Made by a program: the position numbers and the translations under genes. 40,025 bases of DNA, from NCBI RefSeq assembly GCF_006345805.1, contig NW_021835490.1, positions 1-40,025 of the forward strand, written 5' to 3'. Below are positions 11,108-22,465 of the stretch, piece after piece. The DNA is from Octopus sinensis (lineage: Eukaryota). Positions within the stretch are counted from its first letter, which is position 1; each line of letters begins with the position of its first letter. The notes below the pieces were generated by a model that worked only from the letters and a program-made list of their open reading frames with translations, searched no databases and was not told the origin of the DNA.

Positions 11108-11334
11108 ATAATACTAATAATATAATAATATAATAATAATAATATAATAATAATAATATTTGGGAGTATCGCTCCAAACTTACAGGGAAAAATTAGATTT
11201 AGTATTAAATCAAATTTCACAGTATAAATATATAAAATATGAATTAGTGGTCTTATCTCTAATTCATATTTTATATATATATATGTTTGTATATGAATTA
11301 TATATATGTATGTATATGTGTGTGTATGTATATG

Positions 11335-11410
<76 letters not shown>

Positions 11411-11460
11411 CTGTGTGTGTATGTGTGTGTTTGTGTTGTGTATGTATTTATATTTGTGGA
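11020..11460. repeat. (TA)n/(TAA)n/(GT)n compound microsatellite
   Basis: Direct inspection. Confidence 0.95.
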
Positions 11461-11649
11461 CAGCATGGCTGACCGCCTTTTACCCCGAGATCTGCTGATT
11501 CAGGGCTAATCTGGGACGGAAAAAACCCCCCATGTCTTGATATTTGTTGCTGCTGGTGTTGTTGTTGTTTGTTGTTGTTGTTGTTGTTGCTGAGCCAGTT
11601 GTGGTGGTGGTGGTTGTGGTAAACATGACATTTTCTGGATATTTATGTA

Positions 11650-12375
11650 TTTTGCACATGGCTCTCCAAATGTATTCTGTTTCAATTCCTGTATAAGCTG
11701 TAGCGTGATTTCAGAGAGAGAGATTTAACTGCTATTTCTAGTCGACCACAGAAACTCCTTCCCTGCCGATTAATGGTTCCTCGTATATTCTTGTTGCTAA
11801 TTCATGCCTAGAATCACAATCGTAATCATTGTTGAGTTTTATTCAACCCCAGATCAACCCCGATGCTACAAATCCAAGATCAAGTCTAACCCATGACCGT
11901 TTTTTTTTCATTTTTTTTACTTTTCTCCTCTCCAGAATACCCAGGACATACTCACTGTATGCAGAGATGTGTGATTTGAGGGGTATTTGGCTGCTATTTC
12001 TTGCAGATCCAGCCACCACATAGAAACACTCAGCGATGTTGGCCTTCTTAATCATATTACTACTGTTGCCCTTGTTCAGCCGCCGTCGCCGCCGCCGCTG
12101 TTGCTGCTGTTGTTGTTAGTGTTGCTGTTGTTGCAGATCAGCTTTAGATCAACCTTGACTGAACAACCATATGATGAAAGACGTTCCAGTAATGACCATC
12201 TCATCACGTTTTCAGAATCTCTGTTTCTGTGACTACATTATTCAACGTGTACTGTTTTGATTTTTTTTTTGCTTTTTGCATTATTTTTATCATTTTATCG
12301 AAATGGTAGTCTGATGATTGCATTTGAGGCGAAATTGGCTGTTATATTTAGCAGATTGAGTGACTGTATGAAGGA
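11650..12375. repeat. Cluster of three copies of an old dispersed repeat (GATTTGGCTGCTATTTCTAGC motif)
   Basis: Motif at ~11722, ~11985 and ~12335; related pieces at ~3050-3530, 5320-5490 (-), 23255 and 24810 (-). Confidence 0.6.
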
Positions 12376-12477
12376 TTGCATTGCCAGTCGTTTGCGCGAT
12401 CTTACAACGAGGATGTCAGAGAAAAAAGATTACTGTTGTTAGCTTGTGGTGCTGCTACAGCTGTTAAGAAGCGAGCG

Positions 12478-12502
12478 AATAGCAGCAGCAGGCACAGCAG
12501 CA

Positions 12503-12536
<34 letters not shown>

Positions 12537-12692
12537 GGCAACATCAGCAGCAGCAGTCGGTTCTGCGAGCAAAACAACACAGTGACAAATCCATAATAAA
12601 CGGCAGTCTGTGGAATTGCACACAGCGAGTGCAGTACGGCTACTATGCACAACAGCTGTAGTAGTTGCAGCAGCAGCAACAGCAGCAGAAGC

Positions 12693-12729
<37 letters not shown>

Positions 12730-12750
12730 ACAACAACAACAGCAACTAAC
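12478..12750. repeat. Imperfect (CAG)n/(CAA)n tracts around a unique 110-bp core
   Basis: CAG tract 12478-12556, unique 12557-12666, CAG/CAA tract 12667-12750. Confidence 0.9.
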
Positions 12751-12854
12751 AATAGTGACATGACCCGGTAAAGAACCTTCCAAAGGGTTTTGTAGAAACA
12801 GCAGCTAAATCTTCCATCTGTGACTATTATTATTATTATAATCATTAGCAAGCC

Positions 12855-13046
12855 GGTCGAAATGCTTTGTGTTATTTCGTCCGCTGCTGCGTTCTGAGTT
12901 CAAATTCCGCCGAGGTCGACCTTGCCTTTCATCCTTTCGGGGTCGATAATTTAAGTACCAGTTACGCACTGGGGTCGATGCAATCGACTTAATCCCTTTG
13001 TCTACCCTTGTTTGTCCCCTCTATGTTCAGCCCCTTGTGGGCAATA
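12855..13046 (+). mobile_element. S1 SINE
   Basis: Body and tail colinear with 27053-27273. Confidence 0.85.
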
Positions 13047-13053
13047 AAAAAAA

Positions 13054-13084
<31 letters not shown>

Positions 13085-13094
13085 GCTGTTGTTG

Positions 13095-13305
13095 TTAGGC
13101 AACAAGACGAGTAAGGGCGATTAGGTGATGGTCTAGGGTTTAGGGGCGGGACACCCCAGACATTGGAAAAAAAAAATCTTTGGCCGTCTTGTTGTAGTCG
13201 AGGGCTCTTCGTTGACGCCCGACACCAATGGGAAGTGACCCTCGAAGTTCCTGGAAATGGAGATCTCCAGGTCCAAATTCTTGAACGGCTGCTGTTGATG
13301 ATGTT
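13095..13305. repeat. Unclassified ~205-bp dispersed repeat, copy 1
   Basis: High identity to 30185-30390; abuts (TAT)n(GTT)n. Confidence 0.85.
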
Positions 13306-13312
13306 AAGGCAT

Positions 13313-13663
13313 CGAGTTGGCAGAAACGTTAGCACGCCGGGCGAAATGCTTAGCGGTATTTCGTCCGCCGCTACGTTCAACCCCGAACGGATGAAAGGCA
13401 AAGTCGAAGCCGGCGGAATTTGGACTCAGAATGCAGCGGCGGACGAAATACCTATTTATTTACTACCCACGAGGGACTAAACACAGAGAGGACAAACAAG
13501 GACAAACAAACTCATTAAGTCGATTATATCGACCCCAGTGCGTAACTGTTACTTATTTAATCGACCTCGAAAGGATGAAAGGCAAAGTCGAACTCGGCGG
13601 AATTTGAACTCAGAACGTAGGGGCAGACGAAATACCGCTAAGCATTTCGCCCGGCGTGCTAAC
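13313..13663. mobile_element. S1 SINE compound: plus-strand head facing a minus-strand 1.4-mer
   Basis: 13313-13378 head (+); 13381-13450 partial body (-); 13451-13663 full copy (-). Confidence 0.8.
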
Positions 13664-13689
13664 TATACTATCTGTTCACTTTCTTCTTC

Positions 13690-13746
<57 letters not shown>

Positions 13747-13747
13747 G

Positions 13748-14280
13748 TGCAACAAGTATGGACTTATGGACTTGACGGAGCAAAAAATTGATATGACCGC
13801 AAACCTGAAGACATCGTTGAAAATAAAAATGCAAAGATCCTATGGGATTTTCTGATTCAGTGCGACCATGAGATAGAGAACAGCCAGTCATAGTGTTAAT
13901 TGAGAAAGAAAGCAAACTATGTTGGATCATAGATATAGCATGCCCAGCTGACAACAAGGTATGCGATAAGGAAGAAAGAAAAGTAGAGAGATATGACAGG
14001 TTAGCTTGGGAAGTTAAGTAGTTGTGGTCGATTAAAAAGGCAGCAGTGGTACCACTAATTGTCGGAGCCCTGGGAACAGTGAGCAAAAATCTCGGGAAGT
14101 CTGTGGAACAAATAGGGGGCTGCAATAAGGGTGGAGCACTTGCAGAAAACAGCACTGCTTGGAACTGCTCGAATACTCCGGAAGGTGCTCGAAAAATAAG
14201 GGGTGCTACCTTAGTTCACTGGTAGTGAACAGCTGACACCGTAGTACATCTCCAGCGTTAGAAGCTGTGCAAAGGCAATG
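13748..14280 (+). mobile_element. 5'-truncated R4/Dong-clade non-LTR retrotransposon (restriction-like endonuclease end + 3' UTR)
   Basis: Frameshifted translation CNKYGL..KPEDIVENKNAKILWDFLIQCDHEIE..IIDIACPADNKV..KEERKVERYDRL..VVPLIVGALG..LQKTALLGTARILRKVLEK* (stop 14197-14199). Flanked by (TAA)n on both sides. Confidence 0.9.
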
Positions 14281-15036
14281 ATAATAATAATAACAATAAT
14301 GATAATACTATGTGTATGTGTGTGTGTGTGTGTGTTTGTTCGTATGTGTAACGCAGTCTGATGAACTCACTACAAGAAAATCACCGCCCGGCACTAGAAC
14401 ACATGAGGTAATTACTGCATTGCATACGAGAAGCAAGCTTCGCACAGAATATGACACAACTCACAATTCATATTTATACAGCAGACATTACTCTGAGAGA
14501 GCAACACAAACACAAGCCCAAGTCCTATATTTATAAATTGAGAGGAATATCATGATTGAGGCCAGTACCTCGTTAGCCTTCCATATGGGAACCTTGGCTA
14601 GAGGAGTATTCTGTTAACTGAATAAACATCGGTGAAAACCCTGTCGCTTCGAAAAGGGATCACTTTGCAAATCCAGACTTTATAATATATATTATATATT
14701 TATGAATATATGCATACATGCATGTATGTATGTATGTATGTATGTATGTATGTATGTATGGCTGAATGTACGTATGAGAGTACGTTTGAATGTATGAGTG
14801 CTTGTGTATATGTGTGTGTGTATATATATGTATATATATATATATATCACCGTAACTTAGCGGCTCGGTAAAGAGAACCGATAGAATAAGTACCAGGCAA
14901 AAAAAATGTACAATATAGTACTGGGTTCGATTCATTTGACTAAAACCACTGGTTCAATGGGGTGTCCCAGCATGGCCGCAGACTGATGATTGAAACAAGT
15001 AAATGATAAAAGATAATATATATATATATATATATA

Positions 15037-15369
15037 TATAAACAACTTATAAATAAGGGCAAACGAAAAAATTTCTAATGCCAAATATGCCGAAATTGGA
15101 ACTATTGTCCATAACCATATAATTTTTCACAATACGCACGTTACTCGAAAAAAGGTCGTCAGAAATTTCTTAAAAATTCCATTATTACCATATCGGACCA
15201 ATTTCAGGGTTAGTTCGTAAGACCCCTCCCTTCGTCAGTGATAAATGACCTTTTTTCGAGTAGCGTGCATATTGTGAAAAATTATATGGTTATGGACAAT
15301 AGTTCCAATTTCGGCATATTTGGCATTAGAATTTTTTTCGTGTTTGCCCTTATTTATAAGTTGTTTATA
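15037..15369. mobile_element. PLE-like fold-back insertion: ~121-bp inverted repeat around an 89-bp spacer with a decayed hammerhead
   Basis: Arms 15037-15157 and 15247-15369 differ by only a few substitutions and a 2-nt indel. The spacer on the minus strand reads TCA-CTGACGA-A-GGGAG-gggt-CTTAC-GAA...TGA. Confidence 0.7.
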
Positions 15370-15434
15370 ATTTTAACCTTTAAAGGTATTTTTTAATATG
15401 CTGGCCATTGCTAAGAATTTTTTTATCCTACATT

Positions 15435-15448
15435 AAATATTATATATA

Positions 15449-15480
<32 letters not shown>

Positions 15481-15701
15481 CATATATATATACACACATA
15501 CATACATACATACATACATACATACATACATACATACATACATGCATACATACATACATACATACATACATACATACTATATACATACATACATATATAT
15601 ATACATACATACATATATATATATACATACATACATATATATACATACATACATATATATACATGCATACATATATATACTACATACATATATATACATA
15701 C

Positions 15702-15771
<70 letters not shown>

Positions 15772-15894
15772 CAACACATGTATATATATATATGTGTGTT
15801 CACTGTTCAGTCTAAAATTATAGCTGCACGTCATAAATCTTAGAATATATTTTTGTTCCTATGAATGCAAGGAAACTAACAATAAGTCATTGAC

Positions 15895-15955
<61 letters not shown>

Positions 15956-15965
15956 TGATGATGAT
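15435..15965. repeat. (TACA)n/(TA)n and (TAA)n microsatellites
   Basis: Direct inspection. Confidence 0.95.
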
Positions 15966-16949
15966 TTCAAAGTTTTTCCACAAGACCAGCTTGGGGGAGA
16001 GGATTAAGTCGATTACATCGACCCCAGTGCGTAACTGGTACGTATCTTATCGACCCTCGAAAGGATGCAAGGCAAAGTCGACCTCGAACGTACAGGTGAA
16101 CGAAATGCCGCTAAGTATTTTCCGACATGAAGACATGGAATGCTATCCTTAATCTGTGTCAGGTTGATTTTTTAATTAATACGGAGATTAATCAATATAT
16201 AAATACGATATTTAATAAAAGACCTCCCTATGACCATTGCTCTTTGGCGTTGGGCATGTACCATATTTGGCAACCTACTGAAGAACACGAGTCATGGCTG
16301 TGACTCACAGAATATCAAAAGATTTGCCAAGGACTGCAACCAGCACAGGGCAATATTCACATGAACAGCTTTAGCGATGATACAAGTATGGATTTCGGAA
16401 ATAATAAGTATCATAAAGCTATTTTCGATAATCGAAACTGACCCTAATTGCGAACGTAAATCTTGATACTAAGACCGTGGTGATGGAGCTAGGTCAAGCC
16501 GAACCATACTAGTAGTTAGCAGTAAACAAAAGAGACGGAATATAGCACCCAGCTATGAAGAAGATCCGGAGAGAGATAGATAGATAGAGAGAGAGAGAGG
16601 GGGATAGAGAGAAAGAGAGAGGGAGACAGAGCACTGCTGGAGAGTGGGCGTAGGGCTAAAACGTGATTTGAATTCGGATAACAAATTAAAAGCTATGAGA
16701 ACCCTAGCAAAACCCATTGTGCCGTACATTTTCAACATCATCATCTGCAAACTAAATGAAGTCATGATACCTGGCATTAAAACAAGACAGAACCTGACCA
16801 TTGTGAGGATGCACCACCAAAAGCAGATGTCGACAGGTTATACTGACCATGGTCTCTACAAAAAGGACACCTAGCTCAACTCGAAGTAACCTTCAAGGAT
16901 CATATTGGGTTGGACGCAAACCGGACAAAAACCGACAATACACTCCTAT

Positions 16950-17358
16950 TTCTCTTTTCTCTTTTACTTGTTTCAGTCATTTGACTGCGGCCATGCTGGA
17001 GCACCACCTTTAGTCGAGCAAATCGACCCCAGGACTTATTCTTTGTAAGCCCAGTACTTATTCTATCGGTCTCTTTTGCCGAACCGCTAAGTTACGGGGA
17101 CGTAAAAACACCAGCATCGGTTGTCAAGCAATGCTAGGGGGACAAACACAGACACACAAACATATACACACACACTTATATATATATACATATATACGAC
17201 AGGCTTCTTTCAGTTTCCGTCTACCAAATCCACTCACAAGGCATTGGTCGGCCCGGGGCTATAGCAGAAGACACTTGCCCAAGATGCCACGCAGTGGGAC
17301 TGAACCCGGAACCATGTGGTTGGTTAGCAAGCTACTTACCACACAGCCACTCCTATGC
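16950..17358 (-). mobile_element. S2 SINE, full length
   Basis: Near-colinear reverse complement of 251-630. Confidence 0.85.
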
Positions 17359-17382
17359 ATCATAAAATATCAGATACACCCA

Positions 17383-17595
17383 GGGTCGCCGGAAAGTTCC
17401 TGGCTTTAAGGGTATCGCGAAAGGCTTTATTGAAGGCTCAACCTTCCGAGTTCTTTTACAAGGCTTAGAAAAACTGAAAGACCGCTGCAATAAGTGTGTG
17501 AATCTGAGAAGGGAATGTGCTGAATAAAATCATGATTTACTGATTCTCCTGTATTTTCTTTCATACTCAAATCCAGGAACTTTTCAGTACACCCC
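17383..17595 (+). mobile_element. Mariner-derived MITE
   Basis: Imperfect TIRs GGGTCGCCGGAAAGTTCCTGGCTTT / AAATCCAGGAACTTTTCAGTACACCC. Interior encodes a transposase C-terminus LQGLEKLKDRCNKCVNLRRECAE*. Confidence 0.8.
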
Positions 17596-18659
17596 ATCTA
17601 GAAAAAAGCAGTGTTTTAAGAATTAATTTTGTATCTCAGAGATCACATCAACAGACAACGAGGCGAAAATCATTTACACCAAACAATTTTCTGTTGTAAA
17701 GTGGGTTCCTTCCACTCGTGTGATGTGTGACTGTCGTTATACTGTAGTTGCTGTTTTATGCTAGTAGCCACAATAGTTACTAGTCACCGGATACCGTTAC
17801 CTCTCTTAGTACCGGAATAGTAATACACTAACTCCTTCTGTCTTACTATCGCTGATAGCTCCACAAGACACCGACAAGAGCTGTTGACTCTTAACTCTTC
17901 GACTCTCGGCCCTGTCTTGACGATCGGCTACTTGTCTATTTATAATGGCTTGTTCCTACCACTTTTTCAGCAGGAGGGGTATATAGCTTCACTATGCAAC
18001 AGTTTCAGATGTTGAAAACAAAGCAGGACAAGGCAAATCTCTGGCAAAGTATACCCAAGCTGATGCAAGGGGTAGATGTGAACCGAATGAAGATACACCA
18101 ATGTTCCAAGAGTACTATGTTGAAAGCAGAGACGGATAGTATGACGATGGTTGCATAAGGACAGATTCTTGCAATCAAAAACCTATCACCACCACACCAT
18201 CAAAGAGGGAATTGATCCAGAGTGCATAATTTGTGGAAACTATGAAGTAAACATCGACTTCATTGTCTGTAGATGTTTAGAACTATCAAAGACCGAATAT
18301 TATTCGGAGGCTTTACAGAATAGCGGTGTACCCACACTGGAAAATACGCAGGGGTTATGAATTAAAAACAAATGAGAAATAGTTTGAACATAAACCAAAA
18401 GTGCCACCATTCGTTACAACAAACCCGAAATGCTCTGGCAGAGTTAAGAAAAGCAACAAACTCGACATTGTTATCATGCGAGTAATGAGTGGAGGTGTTT
18501 ACTTATCGACATTGCAAAAGCTTCTGAAGGAATAACTTTCAGGAAAGTTATAAAAAAAGCTAAGAACAAAAAAGTTAAAATTTATAGAAAAAAATAACAA
18601 AGAGAGGTGTATGAAAAACAAGCAAGTGTATTAGTTTGACGTCCAGGGAAAATTAAAAA

Positions 18660-18699
18660 TTCCTTTACGTTTCGAGCCTATGCTCTTCAACAGGAAGAA
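18660..18699 (-). ncRNA. Hammerhead-like motif with CTGTTGA core (family H4)
   Basis: TTCTTC-CTGTTGA-A-GAGC-atag-GCTC-GAA-ACGT-A-AAGGAA. Stem II and stem III are the same as in H5. Confidence 0.5.
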
Positions 18700-19259
18700 A
18701 TAAGAGAAAATAAACAGAGAATGAAGAAAAAGTGTAGAACTACAGGAAAATAGAGTAAACAGCGATGAAGAGATATTATTGTTATATTTGGGTACGGCTA
18801 TTTTGCTGATAAACGCACGCAATATTTATTTGATTTTCACTTTAGCTTTATTATTTCTAGTTTACCTAACAAAGTCCTTTCTTTACACAGTGTGTGACCT
18901 CTTCAATGACTAACTGTTCTTGTCTCCTCTTCTGTCTGGTCTTGTCTTAGATAAAGTGAAGATCAAATAAACAGTGAATTATTTGTTTACTGGTAAAGTG
19001 ACCGTCCCCAGATGTAACAATATCTATTTCAAAACACGATTTCACATCAAGAATCTTGCAAAACAGATATATAAACGAAGAAATAATTAATTTAAACTTT
19101 AATTTATAAACAGGAGCAAAACAGGGGCCTTTTTTTGTCGTCTTCAAAGAAAGTAATGAATATAAAAGAAAAAGAATAGCGACGGGTGTTCAAGTTGATG
19201 CGATCAACGGAAAAGCCTGCTCGTGAAATTAACGAGGGTGGGTGATCCTCGTGAAATAC

Positions 19260-19405
19260 GTGGGGTACTGAAAAGTTACAGGAGGATCAGTTAATTATAA
19301 TTTTATTCAAGATATTCCCCTCTCACATCACACTTATTGCAACGGTCCTTCAGTTTTTTTCTAATCTCCGTAAGGTTAAGCCTCCAGCCGGACCTTTCGC
19401 GATAC
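19260..19405 (-). mobile_element. Mariner MITE, partial
   Basis: Minus translation KKLKDRCNKCDVRGEYLE*; TIR GGGGTACTGAAAAGTT at ~19261. Confidence 0.7.
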
Positions 19406-19944
19406 AGCTCCACGTCGTAGTTCTCTTTGAAAGATTCATCGTGACACAGAATGTGACAGAGCTGGCCCTTTGAAATACAGGTACAACTCATTTTTGCAAG
19501 CTGGGTGGACTGGAGCAATAAAAAATAAAGTGTCTTGCTCAGAGACACACACACACACACAGATACACACACACACACCACACACACACACACAGACACA
19601 CACGCACACACATGAAAACGTCTTGTGCAAGGAATCGAGCCCATGAGCTTACGACCGTGAGGCGAAGACAGTAGTCGCCAAATTGCGTGTATTCCCTCAG
19701 ATGATCGCAGAAATATGCAGGCCAATGCAGAACCTCAAGCTCAGGGCTATAATATCATATACAGAGTATTTATATACACGTGGAGAAATTTCACGAAAGA
19801 AGCCTACAGTTTGTCGCTGACAGATATTCAAAATCCCTCCATGTGAAATATTGCATAATTCTTATCATATTCTTATATGTGCGGGTGTTATGAATATCGG
19901 TTTTACATTTCGGGATACGAAGTCGATTGCATTCGATCCCAGAA

Positions 19945-20062
19945 CTCTGCAATAAGTGTGTGAATCTGAGAAGGGGAATATGTTGAGTAAAGTTATAAGT
20001 AACTAATCCCCCTGTATTTTCTTCTACCCCCGAAGTCAGGAATTTTTTCGCAGTCCCTCGTA
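19945..20062 (+). mobile_element. Mariner MITE, 3' half
   Basis: CTGCAATAAGTGTGTGAATCTGAGAAGGGG... plus right TIR ending CAGTCCCTCGTA. Confidence 0.65.
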
Positions 20063-20182
20063 CTTAAGTGTGTCTGTGGAGTGCTCAGCTACTTATCTTA
20101 GCGACCCACAATGCTGAAAGTTAAAGTCGAGCCCGGCAGAATTTGAACTCAGGCTTGTTGCCTTATATAATAAAATAAATAA

Positions 20183-20431
20183 ATGAGCCCTTTAAAGCCT
20201 AGTGAAGCTCATGAGCCCAGTTTACCGGTTTTTATGGCGTATGTGTTCTGCAGCTGGACGGGACGCCAGTCCATCTGCAGCGTTACTCATTTTTGCCAGC
20301 TGAGTGGACTGGAGCAACGTGAAATGAAGTACTTTGCTCAAGAACACAACGCGTCGCCCGGTCCAGGAATCGAAACCACAATCTTACGATCATGGTGCTG
20401 ACACCCTAACCACTAAGCCAAGCGCCTCCAC
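20183..20431 (-). mobile_element. tRNA-derived SINE family S3 (V-domain-like)
   Basis: Minus head GTGGAGGCGCTTGGCTTAGTGGTTAGGG..TTCGATTCC, motif GATGGACTGGCGTCCCGTCCAG; twin at 22221-22465. Confidence 0.8.
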
Positions 20432-20459
20432 TTGTAGCCTTATACGGTGTTCCAAATAT

Positions 20460-20650
20460 TGGTTTCAAATTTGGGCTTGAGGGCCGCAATTTCATTAAAG
20501 AGGTTAGTAGATTACATAGAGCTCAGTGCTCCGAAACTATGAAGCGCAAGGTCGAAACCCCGCACGGAAGCTGAACTCAGAACGCGAAGATGGACGAAAT
20601 GTTGTTATGCATTTTGTGCGGCAGGCTAATGATTCTGCCAGCTCGCCGTC
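20460..20650 (-). mobile_element. Old S1-related SINE
   Basis: Diverged core and head (GATTCTGCCAGCTCGCCG). Confidence 0.6.
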
Positions 20651-21088
20651 TTATCGAGTGTTATAAAGATTAAGACGTTTTATGAACCATGTTGACACAG
20701 AATCCTAATCCCTTAAGCCTTTTAATCTAAGTGATCTGGCCACAATCTTATTCTAAACAAGATTAAGCTCAGGATTTATTTGAATGTACATGCATATATT
20801 TACGACCGTCCGTCCGTCCGTCCATTCAACAATACGTACACACATACATATATGGGTCCATGGGTTTATCGTAATATAAATATACGTTACATCTATCTGT
20901 CTGTCTGCTTGTAAGCCTGTCTATCTATCTATCGGTCACTCTGTCTGTCTGTCTGTCTATCTATCCAGCTATATGCATATATGTATATGAGAGACAGAAA
21001 GAGAGAAAGAGAAAGAGGTGGGAGAGAGAGAGACAGATATATATATATATGTAAAAGCACACACACACATTTAGATATATATGCCCAC

Positions 21089-21192
21089 GAGCAAATGACG
21101 TAGTGGTTAAGAGCACGGGCTACTAACCCCAAGATTCCGAGTTCGATTCTAGGCAGCGACCTGAATAATAATAATAAAATAATAATAATAAC

Positions 21193-21251
<59 letters not shown>

Positions 21252-21435
21252 CAACATCGAAAAATACCTTAGGAAATAGAACCGAAGTTCGAAATTTCCC
21301 CAAGATACCTGATGAAGGCTGGAGGGTATATCAACTGAAACATTGTGTTAACAACAAACAAGATGAGGACAAATATCCGTGAAATGTAAATAATGTAAAT
21401 AATGTATTTAATTGTTCATCTCTTAAATATTGAAC
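21089..21435 (+). mobile_element. Family H1 tRNA-headed hammerhead SINE, copy C (most complete)
   Basis: Head GAGCAAATGACGTAGTGGTTAAGAGCACGGGCTACTAACCCC...GTTCGATTCTAGG, long (AAT)n, linker, hammerhead 21304-21349, tail ending TCTTAAATATTGAAC. Confidence 0.85.
21304..21349 (+). ncRNA. Minimal type I hammerhead ribozyme motif (H1), decayed
   Basis: Stem I GATAC/GTGTT; CTGATGA 21309-21315; stem II GGCTG/CAACT; GAAA 21337-21340; ACGT palindrome changed to ACAT. Confidence 0.65.
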
Positions 21436-21729
21436 TGTGTTCATTTTAATGTTTATCTGCTTCGCTTTTATCTCTTTACTTGTTGCAGTCATTTGACTGC
21501 CGGCCATGCTAGGGCACCGCCCTGAAAGGGTTTTAACGGAACAAATCGATTGAAGCACTTTGTCTTTATCTAAAGTCTGGTCCTTCTTTACCTAAAGCCT
21601 GGTCCTAAAACCTATTAGTTCTATTTTTCTCATTGACGTAAACAAACCGATACCGGTTGTCAAGCGGTGCGTGCGAACAAACACAAATACAAAAACAAGA
21701 ATAATCAAATACACACACACACACACTAT

Positions 21730-22030
21730 GTAGAGGTACATGGCCTAGTGTTTAGAGCAGCGGACTCGCGGTCGAGGGATCGCGGGTTCGAATCTCAGAC
21801 CGGGCGATGTGTGTATTTATGAGCGAAACACCTGAGCTCCACGCGGCTCCGACAGAAGGTAATGGCGAACTTCTGCTGACCCTTTCGCCACAACTTTCTC
21901 TCACTCTTTCCTCCTGCATCTTGCAGCTCACCTGCGACGGACCGGCGTCCCGTCCAGGTGGGGAACCTATACGCCAAGGAAACCAGGAAACCGGCCCTTA
22001 TGTGCCAGGCGTGTCTCGAGAGGTAACACA
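21730..22030 (+). mobile_element. tRNA-Arg-like SINE with V-like domain
   Basis: TGGCCTAGTG..GGACTCGCGGTC..GGTTCGAATCTC head; CGGACCGGCGTCCCGTCCAGG..GGAAACCAGGAAACCGGCCC shared with S3. Confidence 0.75.
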
Positions 22031-22220
22031 CATACTATGGGGTAACTTGAAGGTGCTTTGGATGTTATTTCTCACGAGTATATCTATGTAGATGTCTCCA
22101 GCATTTGTCCATTCACACATAAGGAAGAAGACACTTAAGAGAGAATTCGTTCCTACTTTTACCAATTGTAGCTACCATGTAGAGTTCGCTTTCATTAGCT
22201 AATACATACAATAAAAATAA

Positions 22221-22465
22221 ATGCGCCCTTTTAAAGCCTAGCCAGGTTCATGGGCCCGGTTTCCAGGTTTCTATGGCGTATGTGTTCCCCAGCTGGACAG
22301 GACGCAAGTCCTTCGCAGCATTACTCAATTTTGCCGAGTGGACTGGAGCAACGTGAAATGAAGTGTTTTGCTCAAGAGCACAACGCGTCGCCTGGTCCAG
22401 GGATCGAAACCACAATCATACGATCATGGTGCTGAAGCCCTAACCACTAATCCACGCGCCTCCAC
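22221..22465 (-). mobile_element. S3 SINE
   Basis: Colinear with 20183-20431. Confidence 0.8.

Larger units (their letters stand above)
16230..18570 (+). mobile_element. Old fragmented R4/Dong LINE with nested insertions
   Basis: RT-like NSFSDDTSMDFGNNKYHKA (~16370-16420); LNSDNKLKAMRTLAKPIVPYIFNII..KTRQNLT..HH.KADVDRLY (16650-16845); LKAETDSM..Q.LA.K.YHH..IKEGIDPECIICGNYEVNIDFIVCRC (18115-18280). Domains are in the correct order, interrupted by a SINE, a MITE and microsatellites. Confidence 0.75.

Noticed and set aside
14348-14425. CTGATGA at 14358 with GCAGT/ACTGC and CTCA/TGAG pairings
   Set aside because: The required GAAA reads GTAA and there is no usable stem III; not called a hammerhead.
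14335-14640. Solo-LTR-like blocks (also 17700-17960) with reverse TATA-like motifs
   Set aside because: Single copies with no PBS, PPT or TSD identified.
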